A stretch of 64,000 nt of DNA from Macrostomum lignano (Eukaryota): positions 1 to 64,000 of the forward strand of contig NIVC01001143.1 in assembly GCA_002269645.1 (NCBI GenBank). The letters are read 5' to 3'. Of the stretch, positions 50,159-62,368 are shown in pieces. Numbering within the stretch: the stretch's first letter is position 1; every line of letters starts with the position of its first letter. The translations under genes were made by a program, and so were the position numbers. The notes below the pieces were generated by a model, which was not told the DNA's origin, did not search any database, and was given only the letters and a program-made list of their open reading frames with translations.

Positions 50159-50861
50159 CAAACGCACTCAAATTACCTTAATATCGAAGGCCCGAATTCA
50201 AACTGCATGGGCAATATTGAATATCAGCTACTTCTACCCGTAATTAAGCGAGCTTCTTGGCCCAAAAGCAAGCTAAAAGCATCGGTAGGAGCTTCTGTTG
50301 GAATCGATCACTGGATGCCAACAGCATGCGGAGCACCCGGGCGCTGAGCTGATGTGCTAATTAAAATACCTGAAGTCCCAGGCAGGCTACAAATTGGCTA
50401 CAATCTGAATGCAGCAGTAAAAAGCCTCTTTCCCCTAGTAGCAGAAGAAGCCAAGCCGTATTATGATTGTAGCGAATGCTGTGAATTGAAAATTCAGCAA
50501 AATTGTTACTGAGCCAGAAATTTTACTGTTACTGAGCGCATTCATGTGCATAGCTACAGCTCTGCAAACTCAGCCAGATACCTGGGAAAGGTCTGATAAA
50601 ATTATTTCCTCTTTATTTTTGCACAAATACATTTTAAGAACGGAAAACGCGCAGGTTAAAAAAGACCGCCGGAAAAATGGCGGCCGGTCCGTGCGTAAAA
50701 ACCAAAATACGTAAATACGTAAATACGGATTCGCTGCTATTCGGGGGTCTGCGAACCGGCTGCGCGCAGATTACAGTGCATGGCGGGAGATCTTGGGGGA
50801 GGCTTGAAACTTGGGTTGCGGAGAGGTCGTGAGGGAGGGGTGATTCCCCGTGCGACGGAGA

Positions 50862-51392
50862 GGTGAGGAAGAGGGGTGAGGGAGAGGGGTGAGGGAGAGG
50901 GGTGATGAAGAGAGGTGAGGGAGAGGGGTGAGGGAGAGGGGTGAGGGAGAGGGGTGATGAAGAGAGGTGAGGGAGAGTGGTGAGGGAGAGGGGTGAGGGA
51001 GAGGGGTGAGGGAGAGAGGTGAGGGAGAGTGGTGAGGGAGAGGGGTGAGGGAGAGGGGTGAGGAAGAGAGGTGAGGGAGAGGGGTGAGGAAGAGGGGTGA
51101 GGGAGAGGGGTGAGGGAGAGGGGTGAGGGAGAGGGTGAGGGAGAGGGGTGAGGGAGAGAGGTGAGGGAGAGGGGTGGGGAAGAGGGGTGAGGGAGAGGGG
51201 TGAGGAAGAGAGGTGCGGGAGAGGGGTGAGGGAAAGGGGTGAGGAAGAGGGGTGAGGGAGAGGGGTGAGGGAGAGGGGTGAGGAAGAGGGGTGAGGGAGA
51301 GGGGTGAGGGAGAGGGGTGAGGGAGAGAGGTGAGGGAGAGGGGTGAGGAAGAGGGGTGAAGGAGGTGCGAGAGAGAGGGTTGAGGGGAGAGG
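50862..51392. repeat. 13-bp purine-rich minisatellite GAGAGGGGTGAGG
   Basis: Tandem array. Confidence 0.92.
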
Positions 51393-51728
51393 GGTTGCAA
51401 GATTAGTCAAGATTAGAGAGCCCTAACTAACTTAGGAGGTCAAGAGACACAGGTGAGAGACAGGGAGGCATAGATGAGGCAGAGAAAAAACCTGCCTATC
51501 GCGCATTGAAAACGCAAGAGAACAAAAAGAGAGCAAGAGACCTCAGCTCAGCTGGCAAGAATGCACAAAGCATTGAGCAGAGCTGAGCAGGCAGAGCAAA
51601 AGCAGACATGTAACGGATAAAACAGTGAAAGAGCCGTATTGAAAAGAATCCGCTCGAATCTAAGCCATAAGTACACAATTTCGTAAACGGCTTGAAGAAG
51701 CCACACGCCCGGCGCCCCGGACCCGCTC

Positions 51729-54062
51729 CTAGGCCTCCGCGCCCTCGCTGTTGCAGACTTCGCTGACGGTGGAGTACGAGAGCCCCGAGGGGGCCGGGGA
51801 CGCGGCACCGGAAGAACAAGCCAATGGAACCGATGCCGAATCGGAGGCACCGGCGCCTTTTTGCTCAACATCGTCGCCCTCGCCCTCACATTCGCTGGCG
51901 CCAAAGCGCGGCAGCAGGAGGCCGCAGGCGACGTCGGGTGGTACGACGACCCGGCCGAGGCGCAGGGGCTGCAACGTCGAAGCTTCCTGGGCTTTCACGG
52001 TGCCGAGGGCGGCGTCTTCGGCGGCCTGCAGAGCGGCGTCGGCGTCGGCAGGCTCGGCAAAGGTCACGAAGCCGAAGGCCGGCTTGCCCTGGGCTGCCCG
52101 CACCAGCCAGAGGTCGACAACGCGACCATGGACGCTGAGGCGCTGGCGCAGCTCCGCCTCGGTGGCCTCCGAAGGCGCGTTGGCCAGGTAGAGCCGGTGC
52201 CGCCAGTCCGGGCACTCGCGGACCAGCTCTCGCAGCAGCGGGTCCGCGCCGGGCTGGTTGGCCGGCCGGCTGACGCACAGGCGCTTCCCGACTGAGCGAG
52301 TGAGGCACCAGAGTGACAGCTGAGTGACAGCTGAGTGACAGCTGATGAGCTGAGCGAGTGAAGCATCAGAGTGACAGCTGATGAGCTGAGCGAGTGAGGC
52401 ACCAGAGTGACAGCTGATGAGCTGAGCGAGTGAGGCATCAGAGTGACAGCTGATGAGCTGAGCGAGTGAGGCACCAGAGTGACAGCTGATGAGCTGAGCG
52501 AGTGAGGCATCAGAGTGACAGCTGATGAGCTGAGCGAGTGAGGCATCAGAGTGACAGCTGATGAGCTGAGCGAGTGAGGCATCAGAGTGACAGCTGATGA
52601 GCTGAGCGAGTGAGGCATCAGAGTGACAGCTGATGAGCTGAGCGAGTGAGGCATCAGAGTGACAGCTGATGAGCTGAGCGAGTGAGGCATCAGAGTGACA
52701 GCTGATAAGCTGAGCGAGTGAGGCATCAGAGTGACAGCTGATGAGCTGAGCGAGTGAAGCATCAGAGTGACAGCTGATGAGCTGAGCGAGTGAGGCACCA
52801 GAGTGACAGCTGATGAGCTGAGCGAGTGAAGCATCAGAGTGACAGCTGATGAGCTGAGCGAGTGAGGCACCAGAGTGACAGCTGATGAGCTGAGCGAGTG
52901 ACGCATCAGAGTGACAGCTGATGAGCTGAGCGAGTGACGCATCAGAGTGACAGCTGATGAGCTGAGCGAGTGAGGCACCAGAGTGACAGCCATCATTCAA
53001 GTCACAACCCAAGACACTCACGCAGCGACACAGTGTTGAGGCTCTCAATGGCCAACAGGGCGGCCTCGGGCAGCAGGAAATTGGCAAAAGCGAAGCCCCT
53101 GTTGATGCCGCCGGGCCGATGCCGATGGGCCAGGAGGGTCACCGGTCCGAACTCGGACAGCAGGTCGGTGAGCTGCGCGTCGGTGACGCGGGCAGGCAAG
53201 TTGCCGATGTACACCCGGCTGAGCAGCACCACGGCGTAGGCGCGGTTCAGCCTCGGCTGGCTCTGCAGTTTGGGTGGGAGATGCGCTACAGAGCGATTCT
53301 GGTGGCGTTACAGGGCTGAGATGTCAAGGCTCACTGGGGGAATTGCTGAGATGTCAAGGCTCACTGGGGGAATTGCTGAGATGTCAAGGCTCACTGGGGG
53401 AATTGCTGAGATGTCAAGGCTCACTGGGGGAATTGCTGAGATGTCAAGGCTCACTGGGGGAATTGCTGAGATGTCAAGGCTCACTGGGGGAATTGCTGAG
53501 ATGTCAAGGCTCACTGGGAGAATTGCTGAGATGTCAAGGCTCACTGGGGGAATTGCTGAGATGTCAAGGCAAATATGATTCACGAAGGGGGCACTAGATT
53601 GCTAATTCTGCAATAAAGGTTTAGTGCAGCTTTTAGTGCAACAACATATCCGTAAGCAATATTCGGAGAGCAAAGACATCTGCCCAGCTGACTGGCAGCT
53701 CACATTCAGTCTGGCTCGAGTCAATAAGATTACTGAGTCCTAATGCTAACGCTTTCAACACTATCCATGAGAGTCTCATGAGAGCGAATCGCACGAATAC
53801 CCAAATTTTGGCTCCGTCGGAATCGAACTCAGGGGCCGTAGCGACCCGGCCGCCGCCTTACCAGCTCCGGCCCGGCCCGGCACAGCGCGAACCGCACAGT
53901 CTCCCGCCTGGCGAACTGCGCCGCCCGACGCCTGGCGCGCCGCTGGCCAGCGTCGCCTGCGGGCAGCTCGAAAGTCGCAACGGCGCGACCGCGGCTGCCG
54001 ACGGCGACTCCGGAGCCGAAAGCCAGCTCGCCGACCTGGACGAAGGAGTCAGCTGACCCGTG
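51729..54062 (-). CDS. Two-RRM RNA-binding protein (ELAV/Sxl-like layout); exons 53862-54062, 53022-53262, 51729-52291
   Basis: RRM1 has RNP2 VYIGNL and RNP1 RGFAFANF, with LNTVSLLGKRLCVSRP across the junction. RRM2 has LYLANA and PAFGFVTF. Splice phases 0/0 and 1/1 match. No Met codon in the 334 spliced sense codons. Confidence 0.85.
52293..52990. repeat. 36-bp minisatellite CAGAGTGACAGCTGATGAGCTGAGCGAGTGAGGCAT
   Basis: About 19 copies filling RRM gene intron 52292-53021. Confidence 0.95.
53316..53570. repeat. 30-bp minisatellite GCTGAGATGTCAAGGCTCACTGGGGGAATT
   Basis: Tandem array in RRM gene intron 53263-53861. Confidence 0.93.
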
Positions 54063-54075
54063 CTGAAGATTGAGC
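54063..54075 (-). promoter_or_regulatory. Unpaired splice acceptor (candidate trans-splice site) at the 5' end of the RRM ORF
   Basis: ctcaatcttcag|CAC GGG is in frame with the RRM ORF; no ATG-bearing exon with a donor was found in 54063-54875. Confidence 0.55.
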
Positions 54076-54875
54076 AAGCTTATGATGCGTACTTGCGTGT
54101 GGATACTGGTTTGCACTTTTAGGCGCGGATTAAGACAGGATTAAAGTAGGCTACGGACAATTTGAAGAGTGGTTGACAGTTTCTTCTGTTGAGACAAGAA
54201 TCTAAAATTTCACAAACAGGAGCTGAACACCTGATTATCCGCGCAAGTCACCTTGGCTTAATGAAAGTCACAAACAAAGACCAAAACAAAGAGTTTATTT
54301 TCCTTCAACGGAAGCGCTCTGCACTTAGCAAACAGCGCCCAGACAGGTATATTTACATTTATTTAGCATCGCATAGTTGCATAAAAAGCCTATCAAGTGC
54401 CTACTAACAGTAGCTAGGGCAGAGAATTACACCGGCTAAAATAACAGAGTTTATCCGAAAAGAGTAACGCAAAAATGATGAGAGAGGAGCAAAAGGTAAA
54501 CAAGTTAATTTCCGGGGATGATACAAAATTGATTAGCTTAATTATTGGAGTTTGTCGCAATATGCAGTCGGACAGGCCAAGCAAACTGATAATGAGTCAG
54601 GGCAGTCGGTAACCGCTAAGCACAACACTGAAATGCGGATATAAATAGCATTATAATTATAGTACATTAGTATAGTACAGGGAGCTGCCCATTCTGCCTG
54701 AATCAATGAGCGACAACCAGGCAGACATTGCGGTGAAAAAATGCCGCATAGAAATAAAGGAGTTTTTAAGTAGCAAACGGGATTACACGACAGAGCAGGT
54801 CGGCGAAACTAATGCAGATAATGAGCGACACGAGGCGAGGACGCCGAGGGCACCGTGGCAGCGGCTAAGGAAGCT

Positions 54876-57800
54876 TCAGGCGCCAACCTCAACCTCGATG
54901 TCGGAGCCCTCCTCCTCCTCGATCTCCGAGTCGGACAGCGGCACCATCTGGCTGTGCGGGTGGTGGTGGCCGATGCCGCCCACCACGGCGGACGGGATGG
55001 CCTGGATGATCTGCGGCATGCCGGCGCCAGCGGCTGCGGCGGCCCCGGCAGCTGCGGCCTCCAGCTTGCGCTGGGCGTGCACCGACTCGAAGTCGGGGAC
55101 GACGGCCTCGCGCCGCTCGTACAGCGCGTTGACGAAGAATCGCAGCGAGGGCGGCACGGACTCGATGATGTCGTCAACCGGCTCGTTGTTGGTGGCCAGC
55201 TGGTAGCCCAGCGAGCGCAGCACGGCCGTGTCGTCCGAGATCTCGAAGGTGTGGTCGAAGGTGAACAGGTACTCCAGCTTGTCCTTGGTGATGTTGCAGT
55301 CGGTGACAGTGTTGGGCGGGCAGGAGATCACCAGGAACGGCAGGTGCAGCAGGGAGGCTTTAGGCGCCTGGCCGTACATCTGCTCATTCTCCCGGTTCCG
55401 CTTGACCAGCTGCTTGAAGGCGATGAGCTGGCACACCTGAGGGAGACGGGAGGGATCAAAAGTCAGGCTGCAGTGGGAGCACAGATCCCACCAACAGTCA
55501 GGCTGCAGTGGGAGCACAGATCCCATTAACAGTCAGGCTGCAGTGGGAGCACAGATCCCACCAACAGTCAGGATGCAGTGGGAGCACAGATCCCACCAAC
55601 AGTCAGGATGCAGTGGGAGCACAGATCCCATCAACAATCAGGCTGAGGTCACGCGGAGGGATTCAACACAAGGGAAGGCACCCAGTCAGCACCCAGCAGA
55701 TGTCAGGCCAACCAACCTTCTCGGAGATCTCGTTGGCCTTCTCCCGAATCCGCTTGAGCCGCTCCTCCCGCTCCTCCTGCAGCTTGCGGCACTGCACGAT
55801 GGCGTTGAGCGGCATGCCGACCCAGGTGATCTCCTTGTTGTCCCGGCGAATGACGCCCATGGCCAGCAGGACGTTCAGAGTGTCGTAGGCCCTGCGGCGG
55901 ATGTTCTTCTGATGGTAGATGAGCTGGTCCTGCGGCATCAGTGGGTGCTCAGCCGCGAATTCGTGCACGAGCTCGTCGGCCACCTCATAGTAGGAGGTGA
56001 TGGTCTTGTTCTGCAGCTTCTCAACCACTGCGCCGGCGTACTTGCGCAGGCCGGAGCCGCCGCGGGCCCCCGAGCCCGCGTAGTCGTCGTCGTCTATCCA
56101 GTCCTCGGCGCCAGCCGGGCCGGCGGAGCCGCGGGCGCGCGGCGCGAAGCCCAGGCCGAAGCCGGCGCCGCCGCGCACGGAGGTCGGCGTGACGGCCTTC
56201 AGCTTGGGGTCGGGCAGGAAGCCGCGCGCCTGAACGGCGCCACTGCCGAGCTTCCGCTGTTGCTGCTGCTGCATCGGGAGGCTGCGCACCTGCAATGCAA
56301 AGTCAAATCAATCAGGAGATATTGACAGACCGTTGACAATGACAGTAAAAATTAGACCTGTAATACATGATATTTGTTAGAATTGATAAGACAACGATAG
56401 TGCCGGTGATTTTACACGATTTGCAGTTTTACACGACTACTGTCAGCTTGCGCCTACTGATAAGTAGAAAGTATAGAGTGTGGCGCGAAAATTATAAGTC
56501 GAAAGTCTATTTATTTTTCGAACGAAATGAATTATTATGAAAGTTACTCAGCTAAAAGTGAATTCAGTCCAACCTGAATGATCCGCTGCGCCCCGGCAGC
56601 GGTGATGACGCGCAGAGTCTGGCCGCCCTGCTGCTGCATTCCCCCCGGGCCGACCTGCCGGACAATCTGCTGCTGCTGCTGCTGCTGCTGAGACCGCGGC
56701 GGCAGCGTGATGATCTTGATGCTGCCTGTGCCGGACTGCTGGCTCCCCGCTGCCAGCTTCTGCACCGGCAGGCGAATCACCCGCACCGGCTTGCCGCTGC
56801 CGTCTCCGACGCCGCCAGCGCCGGCACTGCTGACGGTTGGAGCCGCCATGGCGACCGAGTGCCCGGCCGATCCGGCCGTTGTCTGAATGCGGATCACGCG
56901 GGGCTGCGACGCGGCCGCCGACGGATGAACCTAGCAGGTAGGGCAGTTGGCGGGGTCAGAGAAAGGTCAAATTTGGCAACACTTGGCAACGATCGACACC
57001 ACTTAGCAACATACCTATCGACACCAGTTAGCGACATATCTTATCGACACCAGTTAGCGACATACCTATCGACACCACTTACCGACATACCTTATCGACA
57101 CCACTTAGCAACATACCTATCGACACCAGTTAGCGGCATACCTTATCGACACCACTTAGCAACATACCTATCGACACCAGTTAGCGGCATACCTTATCGA
57201 AAGCACTTAGCGAGATAGCTATCGACACCAGTTAGCGGCATACTTTATCGAAACCACTTAGCGAGATAGCTATCGACACTAGTTAGCGGCATACCTTATC
57301 GACACCACTTAGCGAGATAGCTATCGACACCAGTTAGCGGCATACCTTATCGACACCACTTAGCGACATACCTATTGACAACAGATAGCGACATACTTAT
57401 CGACAACAGATAGCGACATACCTATCGACACCAGTCAGCGACATACCTATCGACACCACTTACCGACATACCTTATCGACACCAGTTAGCAACATACCTA
57501 TCGACACCACTTAGCGAGATAGCTATCAACACCAGTTAGCGGCATAACCTATCGACACCACTTAGCGACATACCTATTGACAACAGATAGCGACATACCT
57601 ATCGACAACAGATAGCGACATACCTATCGATAACAGATAGCGACATACCTATCGACACCAGTGAGCGGCATACCTTATCGACACCAGTCAGTGACATACC
57701 CATTAAAGCCCTGCTTCTCACATACCTGAATGACAGTTGGCTGTCTGGCTTCGCCGCCGGGCGACTCTTCAACCCCAGTAGTTGTGGGCTCCCGCTTGAG

Positions 57801-57926
57801 CTGGCCGCCAGAGCTTTCTCGAAGCTGCGCAGAAGCAAAGGCGGAGGACTCGGCAGCATTGCCAACAACAACTTCTTCAGCCACATCTGACTCCATAAAG
57901 TCCAGCGATTCTACATCAACATCCAT
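54876..57926 (-). CDS. Dp: Transcription factor Dp (E2F dimerisation partner, TFDP family), about 563 aa; exons 57726-57926, 56574-56930, 55717-56289, 54876-55436
   Basis: DNA-binding domain TSYYEVADELVHEF...NIRRRAYDTLNVLLAMG...KEITWVGMP; coiled coil QLIAFKQLVKRNR; LPFLVI...DCNITKDKLEYLFTFDHTFEISDD. All junctions are phase 0. Confidence 0.95.
55462..55640. repeat. 35-bp minisatellite CAGTCAGGCTGCAGTGGGAGCACAGATCCCACCAA
   Basis: About 5 copies in Dp intron 3. Confidence 0.9.
56992..57695. repeat. 25/26-bp minisatellite (ATCGACACCACTTAGCGACATACCT-type)
   Basis: Variable-unit array filling Dp intron 1. Confidence 0.9.
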
Positions 57927-57999
57927 GATTGCTATTGGGTTTGAACTGCAAGTAGAGGAATGATGTATTTATTTATGAGCTTATTTTTAATTAATTCCT

Positions 58000-58482
58000 T
58001 TGTTTAGTATCTGGGTCTCAAATTTTGAATGCAAACCATAAACTTATAATGCCATTGGCATCAGTCATCAAAGTGGTGCAAAGTATCTCAGCAGTAAATG
58101 TGTCTGAGGCATCAACTTTGTTATCAGTGGGTCTTTCCCCAACCTTTCTAATGCCATACTAGCACTAAAGGATGCCAAGGCCATATGGGCAGCCCTCATC
58201 TCTGATGTCTCAGAGCTGGACTTGTTAATGACTTTTTTGGCTAGGCTCTACAGGTAGGGGAACTACAAGAATAGTACAACCAACTATGTGCGATTGAATG
58301 AAATTGAAAACTGTGACCCACTCACTACCCACCTGCCCTACCATTTGTATAGGTTGCTGCAGTGCACATGCTGGTTCTCTTCCACCATGAGGTCGTTGAT
58401 CACTTGCCAGGTGGTGCTCTATGTAATCTGCTAAACAATAGTTCCCAATTGGCTGCTGCTGCTCCCAAGGGCAATGTTGCAT
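58000..58482 (-). mobile_element. Possible highly decayed LINE reverse-transcriptase remnant
   Basis: YIEHHLASDQRPHGGREPACALQ loosely resembles the L..LL...QHGFR.GRSC.TQL region of non-LTR RTs; weak. Confidence 0.3.
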
Positions 58483-59469
58483 ATGGGGTGTCTTGCAGTA
58501 CTAGATGCTAAAATTCCTCCTAAACGCTAAAAATGTCATTTTACTTTGCAAGTATGTTTCTTAAAAAAACCATCTCTTAAAGTATATCATTTTTTAATAT
58601 TACAATTTATTTTGATTGTAAACAAAAATAAAATTTTAGTTATAACTCAAAATTACTAATGTATAGTTTTTAGGGATTAAAAGCCAAAAAATACTTCAAA
58701 CCTAAATGGTTCAAATTGAAATTACTAACTTCCTTCTTTCCTTCCTAAATATGGCAAAGGTTAGGACATAAGAATAGAAAATCCATATAAGAAATACATG
58801 TAAAAATTAATATAGGTAGATTAAAGAATTCTATTTGGAGGGGCTAAAAATGGGTGCTGACCAATTTGGCCACAAACAAATGTAGCAATTTGGTAACAGA
58901 AATTCACAAAAGCAAATTTGGCAAAAATCTAGTTGAATTTGGTGACAAAAATTAAGGAAGAATAATTGAGTATAATCTTATTATTTTTTTGGACAATTGT
59001 ATTAGTCATAGCATATTAGCTTTTCCTCTTTAGTTTTTTTCAAATTGACAATCAGATAAGATAATATGCATTTTGACTTGTCATTGCATCTGGGTAAAAG
59101 CTCTTTACAATGCCAATGGCTTTAAGGAAGCAGACAGAAATGCATAGCTAAATTTCAGGAAAAATGGAACTTTCACAAGCATTTAAAAAAACTGTATATG
59201 TAATTTTCTTTAACTTTAGCTATAACTCATTTTTAGTATATGGAATTATAATATAAAAGATTTGTTGCCAAATTTGCTTTTGCCAATTTGTCTATATTAA
59301 ATCTCTGTTGGCAAATTTGTGTGCATTAAAAAACAGGCATTAGCTAAATCTAAGTGCTTCTATACTTTTTGAAATAATTAAATGTTCTAAGATTAAAAAG
59401 ATAAACTTGAATTTTTTACAAAATTCCAACTGTTTTAGCAAATCAACTTTGTTATGTTAACCATGCTAT

Positions 59470-59900
59470 GTTGTCAAATGTATGCCACTGGCTTGTGATC
59501 AAAGCACTCAACAGAGGTGAACACCCAAAAGACATTGCAAGGTTGCTTAATATAGAAGAAAGATGGTTTACAGCATCCATTAGCATGTTGAAACCACTTC
59601 TGGCATAGGTTGCCTGTGAAAGGTGGCAATCACCAAGGCAAGTTGCTAGAGACACAGGTCCAACTGCTACTTAATGCAATTGAGACGTACCCTTTGTTGA
59701 CATTGCAGAAAAAGCAACAGCAATTGAAGGAACAGTTCCAGTTGGTTATCAGATTTGAGAAGAGCTCTGGAAAAGCAACTGAAAATTACCAGTATAGACG
59801 CTGACATTCCAGCGGTGCGCAACAACCCTTAGGTGGTTGTGAGAAGGCAAGAGTTTGCCATTGGCTCACAAGCATTTGGACCAAATTGATGCTTGTTGGA
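59470..59900 (+). mobile_element. Decayed IS630-Tc1-like transposase remnant
   Basis: LVIKALNRGEHPKDIARLLNI and GGNHQGKLLETQVQLLLNAIETYPLLTLQ resemble the HTH region of Tc1-like transposases. Confidence 0.45.
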
Positions 59901-61339
59901 CCAAATTAAATGCCGCTGCACCAGCCTTGCTACCATAGACAAAAGCTCTGTTACATTGGCAAACATATCCTGGATTAAATTCAATGCGCATAAGCCCAAA
60001 TGGGCTAGAAAAGCTATAACTAAGAGCAAACAAGCACCTAATGAATTTTTCTATAGTAAAGTAAAGTATATTTGTTAATACATTCAAAGTTGATTACATT
60101 GAATAATTTAAAATTAAAAAATGGAAAATATATTATAAAATTTCCTTTTATTAATTGTACTTTATTAGGTATAATTTTTGTTTTTAAATCTATGATGCAG
60201 TTTACAAAGGTATTTTTGTTTTACTCTACCTGTTTCAATTTTTTTAAATTTATAACTATGGCTATAGGAATCTATAGAATATGACAGCAACTACTATAGT
60301 TCTATAGTCTTAGCTGTAAGAGCAGCTCTCTATTGTAGGCATATCCATAGTTGTTATAAGCACCTATTTTACAATATTTGCCATAAGATCCCATAGCTAT
60401 AGCTGTAGCTACAGCAAAACACTGTTATTAATGCCAATTAACTAATTAACATTTATTAAAAGATTGGTATCCCAAAGTTCAGAAGGTGACATATATGCTG
60501 AGATTTCTTAGCATACAACATGGGTCTTACTATTTTTAACATACATCAGGGTATATCCTAGCATACATGACAGTCGATACATTGAGTCAAATGACAATTT
60601 TTTGGTATTGGCATACAAACCCAACATATAAATGAGGTCTCATCATTTTTCTAGCATTAAATCTAATATACACTAATATACAATCCAAACTATGGCTAGT
60701 ACCCAACATTGATAGTTAGAGTTAGAGCTTACTGGTTCTTCTAAAAATGGAAAACTAATTTTAAAAAAACTATTACTTACTTTTTAAGAAATTAAAATTA
60801 AATAAAAAATAGTTAAAAGAAACTAGGCCTAGTTTTTTTAACAATTCAATAAAAAAATTCTTTTTTACTTGTTATCTTTTAATCTTTAAAGATCTAACCT
60901 TAAAAAATTTAAAAGCATTAAATATTGGTCATAATATGTAAACTTTTTTTGCCATTTTTTTGTATACAATAAAAAGTCCATGGCATTGGTATACATAAGC
61001 TAGGGAAGCAATTTTCATTCCAGTGTATACTGGTATACAATCCTAACTGACTTCCAAGTACTGTTACAAATGTTTTGATGACTCTTGTTGTTTGTGATTT
61101 ATTTTTATCAATACAACAATTTGAACAATAGATAAAATGAATTTAAAAAGCTAAAAACATATTGCCATTGGGCATAGAAATTGGTTAAATAAAAAGTTAA
61201 TAAAGAATTGACTATATAAAATCAACTAGTAATATAGAAAAATTAGTAGAGAAAAGGTTATTAAAAGTTTCTCACTGATTGCATTGTATGATAAACATCA
61301 TTACAATAGCATTATTGCCTATAAGTTATGGAATGTCAT

Positions 61340-61995
61340 TCGCCTTCAATCATTATGGTTAATGTGTCATGGAAGGTCCCCTGCCTATGGCCTTTATCCC
61401 TATCGCCGTTGTCACCACTTGTATCAACCAGTGGCAGTGGGTGACTTCTAAGCACAAGGAGAGATGGGCTAATACCCACAACTGCCAGCAATCCTGTGCA
61501 GCTGTCCCCTGTCCTTTCTCTGCCTTGCGCAAGGCCCTGCTTAGACTCAATTGCAAGGACATCAAGATAATGACCATGGCCCTCTTGGGTCATGGCTGCT
61601 TTGCGAGGCATCGTCACCTCTAGGGGAAAATCCACAGTGAGGAATGCCCTTTTTGTCACTCTGGTGTTGAGAATGTGGAGCACTTCATCTGTGAATACCC
61701 CCTCTTTACTCATGACAAGCTCACCTACTTTAGCCTAAACCTAGACCTCTCCAACATTTTCAGGCCCAAGAATCTCTGCCAGTTCATCCATTAGCTAAGG
61801 GCTACCAGGCAAGCAACAATCCACCTCCTGGACTCTCCAGAGGGGGACCGCACTGTGGACACTGGCACCACTAGAACTCCTTGCGTGACACTGCAGCATT
61901 AGCTGCCCATGGTTGCCAGAGGCTAGCAAAGTATGTGGCAACGCCACCTTGCTGTCTCTGGACACACGGAACCCCCTGCAGCTAAGTCAAGAAGT
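61340..61995 (+). mobile_element. Old copy of the same non-LTR retrotransposon 3' end as 8029-8493
   Basis: Colinear homology; LLRLN...MALLGHGC...CPFCHSGVENVEHFIC; ends in TAAGTCAAG. Confidence 0.85.
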
Positions 61996-62180
61996 GATGG
62001 AAGGTCACTTTGCGACAGAGAATAGGCCTATCAAGTGCTATACATAGAATGCAAACAAGCAATAAGAAAGTGAAGCTGATTTTTGCGTGCAATATTTTTA
62101 TCTGGGCACTTGCCTTTGGGCCAGAAATGGTAATCTAATGAATAATTGCTGGAAGCAGTGCCATATACTAAGCTCAAAAT

Positions 62181-62368
62181 CAGTAGCGCAACCAGAAATT
62201 TTTCAAGGGGGGGGGGGCGGATTCTGAGGGTAAAGTCCCAGGAGGGGGGGCGGCGAAGGGGTGGCTGTTTTTGGCGAAAATTCGCTTGGTCCCCCCTTTG
62301 ATTTTTTTCAGTCCCCCGCCTAAGGGGGGGGCGACCGCCCCCCGCCCCCCCCCCTGGTTGCGCCACTG
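62181..62368. mobile_element. hAT-type MITE (188 bp)
   Basis: 15-bp TIRs CAGTAGCGCAACCAG / CTGGTTGCGCCACTG and 8-bp TSD CTCAAAAT (62173-62180, 62369-62376). Confidence 0.9.

Noticed and set aside
52293-52990. Hammerhead ribozyme array suggested by CTGATGA in each unit
   Set aside because: No GAAA core strand or stem I/III pairing found.
54706-56325. Plus-strand ORFs overlapping Dp, and similar ones over the RRM and orphan genes
   Set aside because: Antisense shadows of GC-rich coding sequence.
58840-59345. Possible palindromic MITE with AATTTGGC/GCCAAATT subrepeats
   Set aside because: Termini and TSD could not be defined; too decayed to call.
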